From assembly GCF_036568245.1 (NCBI RefSeq), contig NZ_DATCSY010000371.1:1-46124 (forward strand): a stretch of 46,124 nt of DNA, written 5' to 3'. Both the position numbers and the translations under genes were made by a program. Of the stretch, positions 9,188-18,087 are shown one piece after another. The notes below the pieces were generated by a model. The model saw only the letters and a program-made list of their open reading frames with translations. It was not told the origin of the DNA and did no database searches. The DNA is from Rheinheimera sp. (lineage in GTDB: Bacteria > Pseudomonadota > Gammaproteobacteria > Enterobacterales > Alteromonadaceae). Every line of letters starts with the position of its first letter. Position 1 is the stretch's first letter.

Positions 9188-11866
9188 ATGCAGCACAATA
9201 AAATAAATAAATGTGCCTTAGCAGTAAAATTGGGTTTGTTAGTTGGCAGTGCGGTGTTAACCATGCCAGCTCTGGCCCAGGAAGAAGTGGCAAAAGAAGA
9301 ACAAGTTGAAGTAATTGAAATTCGTGGCATTCGCGCGTCTCAGGAAGCTAACTTAAATGCCAAACGATTCTCAAATGCGGTTGTTGATGTGGTAACTGCG
9401 GAAGATATTGGCAAGTTCCCGGATAAAAACGTCGCAGAATCACTGTCTCGTATTACCGGCGTTGGTGTGAGCCGTGAGTTTGGTGAAGGTGAGAAAATTA
9501 CTGTTCGTGGTGCCAGCTCTTCTACCAACAGAACTTTACTGAATGGTCAAACCGTAGCAACGGCCGATTGGTTTATCCTGGATAACCCTGGCCGTAGCTT
9601 TAACTATACAATGCTGCCATCTGCCTTAGTGTCAGATCTGGAAGTATACAAGTCGCCATTGGCGAGTATTGACGAAGGCTCTATTGGCGGTACTGTTATT
9701 CTCAGGACCCGTAAGCCTTTGTCAATGGACGCAAACTCAATAAACATTTCTCTTGAGGGCCAGTATTCTGAATCATCAGAAAAATGGGACCCACAAGTTT
9801 CAGGTATGTATTCCTGGAAAAACGATGCTGAAAGCTTCGGTGTTCTGGTGTCAGCTATCAAGCAAGACCGTAAAGTGGTGCGTGAGGGTATTGAAGTGCT
9901 TGGTTGGCCGACAAACCCTGCGCTTGATGAAAAAGTACCGAGCCACATAGGGGTACCGCGTTTTGAGCAGGATCGTGAACGTGAAACCTTATTCTTATCC
10001 TTGCAAGCAAGACCAAACGATAATCTGGACATGGTTCTGAATGTTTTAGATTCCAAAGTCGATGCCAACAACCAGAACCAGAACTGGCTGATTTTTGTTA
10101 ATAACAATGCTGCTTCATTAACCAATACAGTGATCGAGAATGGCAGCGTTGTCGCTGGTGAGGTGGTATCAGGCGGTACGGCTGCTTATAACTTTATAAA
10201 CCGGGTATCGTCGACTGAAACCCGCTCAATAGACTTTGACTTAAATTACAGTGCAGAGTCATTTGAATTACATACTCAAGTTGGCCATACCAAAGCCAAA
10301 GGTGGTACTTATCGTGAAACATCCTGGGAATATGGTACTCCGGCAGATATAACGGGTTACACCTTTGACTTACGTGGTGGTACGCCATCTGCTTCTACGA
10401 CCGTGGATGCATCTGATCCAACGCAGTTCCGGCCAGGCTGGATTTGGGGTGGTGAAAAGCCGACGACAGACGAAGAAACCTATGCGCAGTTTGATTTTAA
10501 TATCCCTGTACAAAAAGGTGCTTTTACAGCAGTTAAAACCGGCGCTAAGTACCGCATGGCTGAGCGGACTCAGGACCGCGTGGCGTATAGCTGGCATGGC
10601 CCGCAAACTATGACGGGTAACGAAAATGTGGCGGGTAGCTACTTGGACCACATTTTTGCTACTTGTTATGACTGGGCGCAGTGCGGGCTGTTTAACGGTA
10701 CTGTAAATATTGATGCTGTTGTCAACGGCAATATGACGCAGCAACTGGCGCACAACCGGGCCGCGATGGAGCAAATTGCGTTTGTTGGTCTGGATGGTGT
10801 TCCTGCTGATTTTGCAAAGTCTTTAAATCTTCCGGAAATCTGGAGTGTTGAAGAAGATATTCTGGCGCTTTATGTGCAGGGTGATTTTGAAGGCGAAGGC
10901 TTCAGAGGTAACATCGGTGTTCGTTACGTCGATACCCAGCAGACCTCTGGTGGATATGAGTTCTCTGGCGACTCGTGGGGTTTACTAACGTACGATCGTG
11001 AATGGTTGACACCTGAATACCTGGCTTGGGTTGAAACTGACAATGATTATGCTGAAGTGCTGCCAAGCCTGAATATTGCATTTGATCTGAGCGATGAGCA
11101 GATCCTGAGGTTCGGTGCTGCCCGCGTTATGGCCCGGCAAGACTGGAACAACATTTCCTCGTCAATTACCTATGGCTCTCTGGATGTTGCGCAGCCGACA
11201 GGCAGTGCCAGTAATCCACATCTGATGCCACAAATTGCTGACCAGTTTGATTTGTCGTGGGAGTGGTACTTTGATGCTTCTTCTTTGCTGGCAGTGACGT
11301 ATTTCCACAAAGATGTGAAGAGCTATCGTAGCTTCTCGACTTTTGTAGACCAGCGTTATTGGGAAGAAGGCGAAGAGTGGGTTGACGTGACCTTTACCCG
11401 GCCAGAAAATGGTCCTGGCGGGAAAACCGACGGTTTTGAAGTGAGTTATCAGCAGGCATTTGGTGATTTCGGTGTCAGTGCGAACTACACCTATACCAAT
11501 GCTGAACGCGATGAGGCCCGTGATTTGACTAAGCCTGGCTCAGGTCTGGTTGAAGGAACGTCTCGTCACATGGCCAACGCCAGTGTGTACTATGAGACGG
11601 ACAAAATCAGCGCACGGTTGATGTATAACTATCGTACTGAATGGTATAAAGGCCTGCACTACAATGGCGATGAGCTGTGGAATGATAGTTATGGCCAGCT
11701 CGACGCCAGCATCGGTTATAACCTGACAGAAAATATTACTTTGTCATTTGAAGCAGTGAATTTAACCAACGAAGAAGTGGTTGAGTTCAACACCGATAAA
11801 GCGCGCCTGTTCTCTATCTATGAGAATGGCAGACGATTTGTGGCTGGTGTGAGGATGAACTTCTAA
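9188..11866 (+). CDS. TonB-dependent receptor, probably for chito-oligosaccharides/GlcNAc
   Basis: Signal peptide, TonB box (EVIEIRGIR), plug motif AEDIGKFPDKNVAESLSRITGV and terminal F. ATG 9188 follows GGGAGA. Confidence 0.92.
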   Translation: MQHNKINKCALAVKLGLLVGSAVLTMPALAQEEVAKEEQVEVIEIRGIRASQEANLNAKRFSNAVVDVVTAEDIGKFPDKNVAESLSRITGVGVSREFGEGEKITVRGASSSTNRTLLNGQTVATADWFILDNPGRSFNYTMLPSALVSDLEVYKSPLASIDEGSIGGTVILRTRKPLSMDANSINISLEGQYSESSEKWDPQVSGMYSWKNDAESFGVLVSAIKQDRKVVREGIEVLGWPTNPALDEKVPSHIGVPRFEQDRERETLFLSLQARPNDNLDMVLNVLDSKVDANNQNQNWLIFVNNNAASLTNTVIENGSVVAGEVVSGGTAAYNFINRVSSTETRSIDFDLNYSAESFELHTQVGHTKAKGGTYRETSWEYGTPADITGYTFDLRGGTPSASTTVDASDPTQFRPGWIWGGEKPTTDEETYAQFDFNIPVQKGAFTAVKTGAKYRMAERTQDRVAYSWHGPQTMTGNENVAGSYLDHIFATCYDWAQCGLFNGTVNIDAVVNGNMTQQLAHNRAAMEQIAFVGLDGVPADFAKSLNLPEIWSVEEDILALYVQGDFEGEGFRGNIGVRYVDTQQTSGGYEFSGDSWGLLTYDREWLTPEYLAWVETDNDYAEVLPSLNIAFDLSDEQILRFGAARVMARQDWNNISSSITYGSLDVAQPTGSASNPHLMPQIADQFDLSWEWYFDASSLLAVTYFHKDVKSYRSFSTFVDQRYWEEGEEWVDVTFTRPENGPGGKTDGFEVSYQQAFGDFGVSANYTYTNAERDEARDLTKPGSGLVEGTSRHMANASVYYETDKISARLMYNYRTEWYKGLHYNGDELWNDSYGQLDASIGYNLTENITLSFEAVNLTNEEVVEFNTDKARLFSIYENGRRFVAGVRMNF

Positions 11867-11887
11867 TAGTTGTAGATTGATCTGTAC

Positions 11888-11925
11888 TATAAAGGCTGGT
11901 ATTGCATAGCACTACCAGCCTTTAT
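11888..11925 (+). terminator. Hairpin after the TBDR (terminator or mRNA stabiliser)
   Basis: tataaaggctggta...taccagcctttata followed by T's. Confidence 0.65.
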
Positions 11926-11948
11926 ATTTTGTGTTTATCGGAGGGAGA

Positions 11949-12962
11949 ATGGCCGCGGTTGCAGAGTATTTCGACGTAGATAAAAAACTGTTCTGGCAGC
12001 AAATCATACCATCATGTCAGCCGGCGATATTACGCCAGGCAGTAAAGCACTGGCCAAGTGTCGAGGCCGCCTGTGAGTCTGATGTAACACTGCAGCAGTA
12101 CTTCGCCGGGTTAGATAACCGTAAGGAAGTTAACACCATACTGGCTCACCCGGACACAAAGGGGCGCCTGACATATAATGACACGTTAACTGGTTTGAAT
12201 TTTGAGCGGCAGAAAGCCCCGGTGACGGCAGTGTTGAATGAACTGCGTCGTATCGCCGGGAACAAAGATGCATTACATATCGCAGTGCAAAGTGCCCGCA
12301 CAGACGTCTGCTTACCCGAGTTTAGCAATCAGAATGTGATGCCTTTGCTGGACACTGATGTTGTACCTAGAATTTGGGCTGGAAATAAGATTGTGGTTCC
12401 CGCGCATTTTGACGATGCTGACAATCTGGCATGTGTAGTTGCCGGGAAAAGGCGGTTCACGTTGTTTCCGCCTGATCAGGTTGCCAATCTATATATCGGG
12501 CCGCTGGATTTTACGCCCGCCGGTGCGCCGGTTAGTCTGGTGGATATAACCGCCCCTGATATGGCTAAGTTTCCGAGATTCCAACATGCATTAGAGCACG
12601 CACAGATTGCTGAGCTGGAGCCAGGAGACGTGTTATTCATTCCGGCGCTATGGTGGCATCATGTCGAGTCTTTATCTGCGGTTAATGTACTGATTAATTA
12701 CTGGTGGGGCGGTTCGCTGGCAGATAATGTCAATAAAGTTTCGCCGTTTGATAGCTTGTTACATACCTTGTTGACAATTAAGCAGCTACCGGAGCATCAA
12801 CGCAAACACTGGCAAGCACTGTTTGGACACTTTGTGTTTCATGATGCGTCAGACCCGTGCTCTCATTTACCTAAAGGCTGCGGTAGTGTGCAGGGGGAAC
12901 TGACTGAGCCACGTAAGGAAAAAATCGTCGATTGGTTGCAAAGTCAGATAAAGCATTTGTAA
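11949..12962 (+). CDS. Cupin-like (JmjC/Cupin_8, Pass1-like) protein
   Basis: HFD..NL, GKRRFTLFPP and LEPGDVLFIPALWWHHVES; HxD...H metal triad. Confidence 0.88.
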   Translation: MAAVAEYFDVDKKLFWQQIIPSCQPAILRQAVKHWPSVEAACESDVTLQQYFAGLDNRKEVNTILAHPDTKGRLTYNDTLTGLNFERQKAPVTAVLNELRRIAGNKDALHIAVQSARTDVCLPEFSNQNVMPLLDTDVVPRIWAGNKIVVPAHFDDADNLACVVAGKRRFTLFPPDQVANLYIGPLDFTPAGAPVSLVDITAPDMAKFPRFQHALEHAQIAELEPGDVLFIPALWWHHVESLSAVNVLINYWWGGSLADNVNKVSPFDSLLHTLLTIKQLPEHQRKHWQALFGHFVFHDASDPCSHLPKGCGSVQGELTEPRKEKIVDWLQSQIKHL

Positions 12963-12965
12963 CGA

Positions 12966-13973
12966 CTAGTAAGCGGGCTGACGACGTTCTCCTGCCAGTT
13001 TCGTTCCCCAGTGTCGAAGTCGCTCAAAACCCAGCAAACACAGAGCCACTGCCAGCACTGACACAACTATGCCGGTAACGCCCAGCTGTGTGCTTTCTGA
13101 GTGTATTGTCCAGACAAACTGCAGTACGCATAAAAATGCAACCACCACGAGGGTCGGCTTGCGGCCAATCAGCGCGACAATATAGGCGCCCAGTGGTGCG
13201 CCAAGTGCTACCACCGGCGCGGCAGCCAGCCAGTTCTCAAATACCCCCGGCTGCATACCGGTTGTAAGATTTTTTACCACCACGCCCAATACGGAGGTAA
13301 AAGCCATAATAATGACAGAGGTTGGTATCGCGATTTTAAGGTCGGTGCGGCAAAGCAATACCAGAGCTGTGTAAAGCACCATATCAATGCCAACGCCGGT
13401 AACCGATGCGACAGTAGCGCCGGAAAATAACCCAATCCAGCAGCCTACTTTAAAGTCCCATTTCTCGTTAAACTCAGTCATGCCGCTGTGACCGGCAATT
13501 TCATTGATGCGGTACAGATGTAAAATGCCAAAACTGGCCCATACCACCGCAAAGGTGAGTTTAATCCAGAGGCCGGGAATGTAGGGGGCGATAAACCAAA
13601 TCCCCAGCGGCGTGCCAACCAGGCTACCCAATATTGCGCCGTTCAGCATGGCCCACGCCACCGGTTGGCGCCTGGCCAATATGAAAATACTGGCACTTGT
13701 CATACCTATGGCTTGTACCGCAAAACTGAAATCCCGCCCCAGCGTGGCTGGCTGTTCAAACAGCAATACCAGGACCGGAAAACCAACGGTGCCCCCACCC
13801 ATTGGCGTGGAACCCGCCGCATAGCTGCCAATTGCCATTGCTGCGGCTATTGGCCAGTGTGCTTTAGCCTCAGGCCACAAACCTAAGCCCAGCACTAGAT
13901 AAAGCCAGACTGAATAAAAGCCTGCCAGCCATAACACCCAAAGCCAAAGAAAAGTTCGCCGTTGTTGCTGCAC
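12966..13973 (-). CDS. TauE/SafE (TSUP) family membrane transporter
   Basis: Multiple TM helices with the Gly-rich motifs GSTPMGGGTVGFPVL and GVGID..AIPTSV. Confidence 0.78.
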   Translation of the reverse strand: MQQQRRTFLWLWVLWLAGFYSVWLYLVLGLGLWPEAKAHWPIAAAMAIGSYAAGSTPMGGGTVGFPVLVLLFEQPATLGRDFSFAVQAIGMTSASIFILARRQPVAWAMLNGAILGSLVGTPLGIWFIAPYIPGLWIKLTFAVVWASFGILHLYRINEIAGHSGMTEFNEKWDFKVGCWIGLFSGATVASVTGVGIDMVLYTALVLLCRTDLKIAIPTSVIIMAFTSVLGVVVKNLTTGMQPGVFENWLAAAPVVALGAPLGAYIVALIGRKPTLVVVAFLCVLQFVWTIHSESTQLGVTGIVVSVLAVALCLLGFERLRHWGTKLAGERRQPAY

Positions 13974-13998
13974 TGCTTTTTATCCTTATTATTGTGTA

Positions 13999-14012
13999 AG
14001 ACAGCGTTGTCA
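13999..14012. promoter_or_regulatory. NagR operator upstream of the TauE gene
   Basis: agacagcgttgtca, about 25 bp upstream of the GTG and adjacent to a minus-strand AATAAT -10-like element. Confidence 0.7.
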
Positions 14013-14213
14013 CACATTATTAATGCAGAAAAACCCTAACAGTTATAGTGTTTTGCTGCTAGCTGGCACATTCTCTGTTTTAACCTTGTTGATCCTGTTG
14101 TCAACTTGGCGCATGATAAGGCCGCACTGCTGATGGTACAAGGGGTGAGCAACTTGAACAACGGTGCGGCCATCAGCACTTTTCAAATTCCAGAACAGAA
14201 CAAAGAGTAGTTT

Positions 14214-14921
14214 ATGACTTCAACACCAAAAATTGTGCCATTAAACAAAGAACAGCACGCAGCCACAAAAATTAATAATAACAATGCCTTTTCTCATATC
14301 GACGGTGAACACTTAGTGCCGGTTGTAGTGCACGAGTTTGTCGTAGCAGGTGCAGAGTTTCCTATTGTATTTGTGAAGAACAACGATAATTTTCAACCGG
14401 TTGCGATGCTCGGTTTAGCTGTAAAACAAAACCTGTTCCTGCAGGACAATCAATGGCAGGCGCTTTATGTGCCGCGCGCCATTCGTAACTATCCATTGAT
14501 GCTGGTGCAGGAAAAACAAGACAGCGAGCGTTTACTGTTAGCTCTGGACGAAAACTCTGAGCGTGTTGGTGAAAACGAAGGCCATGCACTGTTTAATGAA
14601 GACGGCAGTGAAAGTGAGTTTTTGGCGCACCGCAAAAAGCTGATGTCTGAATATGTTGATATGGGCGTGATTACCCGTAATTTCATTGCCAAACTGCAAA
14701 GCTTAGACTTGATCACCGAGCAGACCCTGACACTGAACATTAACGGTGAAGAGCGCCGTATTAACGGTATTCACCTGATTGACGAGAAAAAGCTTAATGA
14801 GCTTAGTGACGAAGTGTTCCTGGAGCTGCGTAAGAGTGGTTATCTGACCGCTATCTATGCTCAGCTGATGTCATTACAACACACTCAGAAGCTGGTTAAA
14901 AAAGTAGCTGAAGCCAGCTAA
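14214..14921 (+). CDS. SapC-family protein
   Basis: EFPIVF, NLFL..W...YVP..IRNYP and IDEKKL..L..GYL..IYAQLMSL. Typical companion of the TBDR and cupin. Confidence 0.85.
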   Translation: MTSTPKIVPLNKEQHAATKINNNNAFSHIDGEHLVPVVVHEFVVAGAEFPIVFVKNNDNFQPVAMLGLAVKQNLFLQDNQWQALYVPRAIRNYPLMLVQEKQDSERLLLALDENSERVGENEGHALFNEDGSESEFLAHRKKLMSEYVDMGVITRNFIAKLQSLDLITEQTLTLNINGEERRINGIHLIDEKKLNELSDEVFLELRKSGYLTAIYAQLMSLQHTQKLVKKVAEAS

Positions 14922-14927
14922 TCCCCC

Positions 14928-14969
14928 GCAGCATGGCAATGGCTGTCGGCCGTTACCATGCTGCTTCTT
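14928..14969 (+). terminator. Terminator of sapC
   Basis: gcagcatggcaatggc...gccgttaccatgctgc-ttctt. Confidence 0.65.
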
Positions 14970-15000
14970 CGCTTCCCGCCAGAAAAATTTCATAATTCTG

Positions 15001-15050
15001 TTGATTTGATTAAAAAATGTTCATAGTATGTTGGATGACAGCGTTGTCAT
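15001..15050 (+). promoter_or_regulatory. Sigma70 promoter plus NagR operator with no downstream CDS
   Basis: TTGATT(15001)-17 bp-TAGTAT(15024); operator atgacagcgttgtcat at 15035-15050. Confidence 0.7.
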
Positions 15051-15231
15051 GGCTGCGCTGTCCGGTTTCATGTGACCGTCGGGATGCAGGCTCTGGCTGA
15101 TGTCTGCGTATATCTCCCTATTTCAGGCAGCAGGGTAGTTGTTGTGGCCTGAAACAGCCGACAAGGATGTTGCTTTTATTTGCCAATCTTTAGGGTGTTT
15201 TGCCAGCTAACCCCGGTTAGCTGGCTTTTTT
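15036..15231 (+). ncRNA. Candidate NagR-regulated small RNA
   Basis: Own promoter and operator, internal hairpins, and a terminator whose U tract is on the + strand only. Confidence 0.55.
15202..15231 (+). terminator. Intrinsic terminator, + strand orientation
   Basis: gccagctaac-cccg-gttagctggc-tttttt. Confidence 0.8.
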
Positions 15232-15235
15232 ATGT

Positions 15236-17815
15236 TTACTGGTTAAGCGGTAGTCTCACCGTGCGACTGACAGCATTGCCGTGGCGGCTTCGCGCCAAAA
15301 AGCTTTGTTCTGCAAGCTCCGCAGTGTTACAGACTTGCCAGCTATTGCCTTCATCTGTTGAGCATTCGATGGTCAGATGGGGCAAGGCTGTATTAAATTG
15401 CCAGCCAGTGTTGCTAAACTTTGCTCCCGGCGGCGGCAGGTAGAAGCTACTACCACTGTCATTCAGCCGGCCCAGTTCGATTTCGCTCAACCTGGCTGCG
15501 AAGCTTTGCCAATCCCTCAATCGCCCGGCTTCATCGTTGGTGTCTTCCCAGGCAGCTTTGTGCCATGCACGCTCAGCCAGTGCCAGCATGCGTGGGTAAA
15601 TCATTTGCTCCAATTGTTGTTCAGTGCGTATGGTCTCACTCCATACCTGGCCCTGAATACCCAGTATATTTTCCGGTTTGGTTAACTCAGGCAAGGCTCT
15701 GCCAACCAAAGCGGGTAAATCGGTAATGCTGGCACCGCTGCGGGTAGTATCTGCATTGGCATACAGGTTATCAGGCTTAAAACCAAACACTTTGTCGATG
15801 CTTGCGTACCGTGTTGCCCAGTAATAGCCGCGTTCTTGCGGGTGAGCTTCGTGTGGGTGGTCAAAGTACAGGTGGGTTGCTGGTGACAATACCACCTGAT
15901 AGCCATTATTCGCCAGGCGGTAAGCTCTGTCAGCAACACCCCATTCCCAGATGTTGTCCCAGGCGTTGGCAATAATCTGCTTGTTATTAAGTAACTTACG
16001 GTCGAAGGTATTTTGCTGATCATACATCAAGCCATCCTCCCAACCCGCTAATACCAGCTTATGTTGTTGTGTAAGTTCAGCCAGCCGGCTGACAAAATAA
16101 GGCTTTAAATCCGCGACTGTGCCGATATTGTCGTTGCTTTGAGCGAATAACTGCTGGCAGGCAGGCGAACCTTGCCAGGAACCTTTGGCTACTTCATCGC
16201 CTCCCATATGGAAGGTGTTTAGCCTGATACCGGCTTGCTGATACATCTTCTGCAGCTCAGACAATACTTTTTCGATAAAGGCGTAGGTTGAGGGCAGGCA
16301 GACATTAGCGGAGTTGTCGTTATAGTTCTGTACGCTGAGATAAACAGAAGTGTCGTCTGGGTCTGACAACAGATACTGTGTTGCCTCTTTGGTTTTACCC
16401 TCTGCCATCAGGCGATTATAACGGGCTTTCATGGCGACGATGGCTGCGCGGGCGTGGCCCGGCAGATCTATCTCGGGAATGACTTCTATATGGCGTTCAG
16501 TGGCATAACGCAGGATCTCGATAAAGTCTGTTGTACTGTAATAGCCATTACCACCGCCACTGGCATGGGGGCCCGTGCCCAGCTGGGTCAGTAAACACTT
16601 TTGTTCGGATAAATCAAAACAACGTGTTGCACCTATGTCAGTGAGCTCCGGTAAACCGGGAATTTGCAGCCGCCAGCCTTCATCTTCGGTTAAATGCAGG
16701 TGCAATTTATTCAGCTTGTAGCGTGCCATGTTATCAATAAGGCGCAACGTAACGGCTTTGCCATGAAAGTTACGCGCCATATCGTAGTGCATACCACGCC
16801 AGCCTGATCTTGGCTGGTCGGTAATCTGCCCTGCAGGCAGTGCTAATCCGCCGTTGGTGTTTTGTAGTAACGCCAGCAGGCTTTGCACAGCGTAAAAAGC
16901 CCCGCTGCTGTCTTTGCCGTTTAGGCTGATCTGCTGCTCGCTGATGATCAATTGGTAACCTTCTGCCCCAAGCTCAAGCTCAGGTGTGATATTCAGCCGG
17001 ATAAGCGGCATTTCTGAAGCTTTGTTGCTCGTTAGCACTAGCTTAATACCTTGCTGTTGTAGCTGCTGCTGCAGGTAGTTAGCCTCAGTTTGAAGCGCAT
17101 CAGTAAACTGTATCTGCCAGTCTGGGGTCAGTGAGACAAGTTGATTGCGCAGTTCAGCATGCAGGGGCGCCGGAATGATGCGGTGACGGCTGTCAGTATA
17201 TGTACTACCTGATAACAGTGCGGTATTGCGTTCAAACCGGCCGGACGGCGTTACAACAGCAACCTGGTCGCCTTCAGCGAAGTTTCGCTGCAACTGTGCC
17301 GGTGAAACCAGAGGCTGCACAAAAGCGCTGAAATCCTCAGTGTCGGTGTTTGCGAAAATTTCAGGTGTCAGGCCTGTCGCGGTTATAAAAGCCCGCGGCA
17401 TAAAGTCACTGTAGCTCACCATCCAGGGTGCTGAACTAAACGGCAACACCAGTTGCTGTGCCGGCGCTAAACCCGCGAAGTGTTCAGTCGGGCTGATACG
17501 ATGTAAATCACCTTGCACATGTTCAACTTTGACCCCTTGCAATTCGACTGTGTCGATATGCCGGATCAGGTGAAAATAGACCTGCCAGTCTGACTTACCC
17601 GCAGGCAACGCAAACTTTGAACCATTGTGTAGCGTAATGGCCGCATTGAACTGCATTGGCGTGGCTGGCTGCTTTTGCGCCACGGCAAAACTCAGTGTAC
17701 TTTGACTGGCAAATTGCGCTAACTGCTGCTGGGTAAATTGTGCAGCTGCCGACAATGGCTGACAGCTTAACGCCAGCAATAAAAAGATATATTGTCGCAA
17801 ATCTTCTCTCCCCAT
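15236..17815 (-). CDS. hex: Beta-N-acetylhexosaminidase/chitobiase (GH20)
   Basis: Signal peptide, CHB_HEX N-terminal domain, RGMHYDMARNF, HLHLTEDEGWR and catalytic HMGGDEV. The true start may be TTG 17800. Confidence 0.93.
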   Translation of the reverse strand: MGREDLRQYIFLLLALSCQPLSAAAQFTQQQLAQFASQSTLSFAVAQKQPATPMQFNAAITLHNGSKFALPAGKSDWQVYFHLIRHIDTVELQGVKVEHVQGDLHRISPTEHFAGLAPAQQLVLPFSSAPWMVSYSDFMPRAFITATGLTPEIFANTDTEDFSAFVQPLVSPAQLQRNFAEGDQVAVVTPSGRFERNTALLSGSTYTDSRHRIIPAPLHAELRNQLVSLTPDWQIQFTDALQTEANYLQQQLQQQGIKLVLTSNKASEMPLIRLNITPELELGAEGYQLIISEQQISLNGKDSSGAFYAVQSLLALLQNTNGGLALPAGQITDQPRSGWRGMHYDMARNFHGKAVTLRLIDNMARYKLNKLHLHLTEDEGWRLQIPGLPELTDIGATRCFDLSEQKCLLTQLGTGPHASGGGNGYYSTTDFIEILRYATERHIEVIPEIDLPGHARAAIVAMKARYNRLMAEGKTKEATQYLLSDPDDTSVYLSVQNYNDNSANVCLPSTYAFIEKVLSELQKMYQQAGIRLNTFHMGGDEVAKGSWQGSPACQQLFAQSNDNIGTVADLKPYFVSRLAELTQQHKLVLAGWEDGLMYDQQNTFDRKLLNNKQIIANAWDNIWEWGVADRAYRLANNGYQVVLSPATHLYFDHPHEAHPQERGYYWATRYASIDKVFGFKPDNLYANADTTRSGASITDLPALVGRALPELTKPENILGIQGQVWSETIRTEQQLEQMIYPRMLALAERAWHKAAWEDTNDEAGRLRDWQSFAARLSEIELGRLNDSGSSFYLPPPGAKFSNTGWQFNTALPHLTIECSTDEGNSWQVCNTAELAEQSFLARSRHGNAVSRTVRLPLNQ

Positions 17816-17986
17816 GTTTGCTGAGCTTGCTACGGCTTGCTGCTTATCAGCTCAGAGCAGTTATTTAAGTTAATGATATTAAATATCTTTATAAAGAAAT
17901 TATCGTTGTAATGCCAAACTTTTAGCTCGATTTTTAAACAAGACACTTGTTATTTGTCAGATTTATTATATGCTGGATTCTAAAAA

Positions 17987-18000
17987 TGACAACGCTGTCA
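17987..18000. promoter_or_regulatory. NagR operator between divergent hex and nagK
   Basis: tgacaacgctgtca, the reverse complement of the other sites. Confidence 0.8.
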
Positions 18001-18087
18001 ATTTTGTCAGCCGAAACTGGCTAAAACAAATATCAGCGCGTTGCAAAGTCACTGGCGTTACGGGTTATATCGTAAAGAGGTTGAAGA

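Noticed and set aside
15180-15726. + strand ORFs at 15180, 15377 and 15421 as targets of the 15035 operator
   Set aside because: They are antisense to hex, lack RBS and motifs, and cross or follow the + strand terminator.
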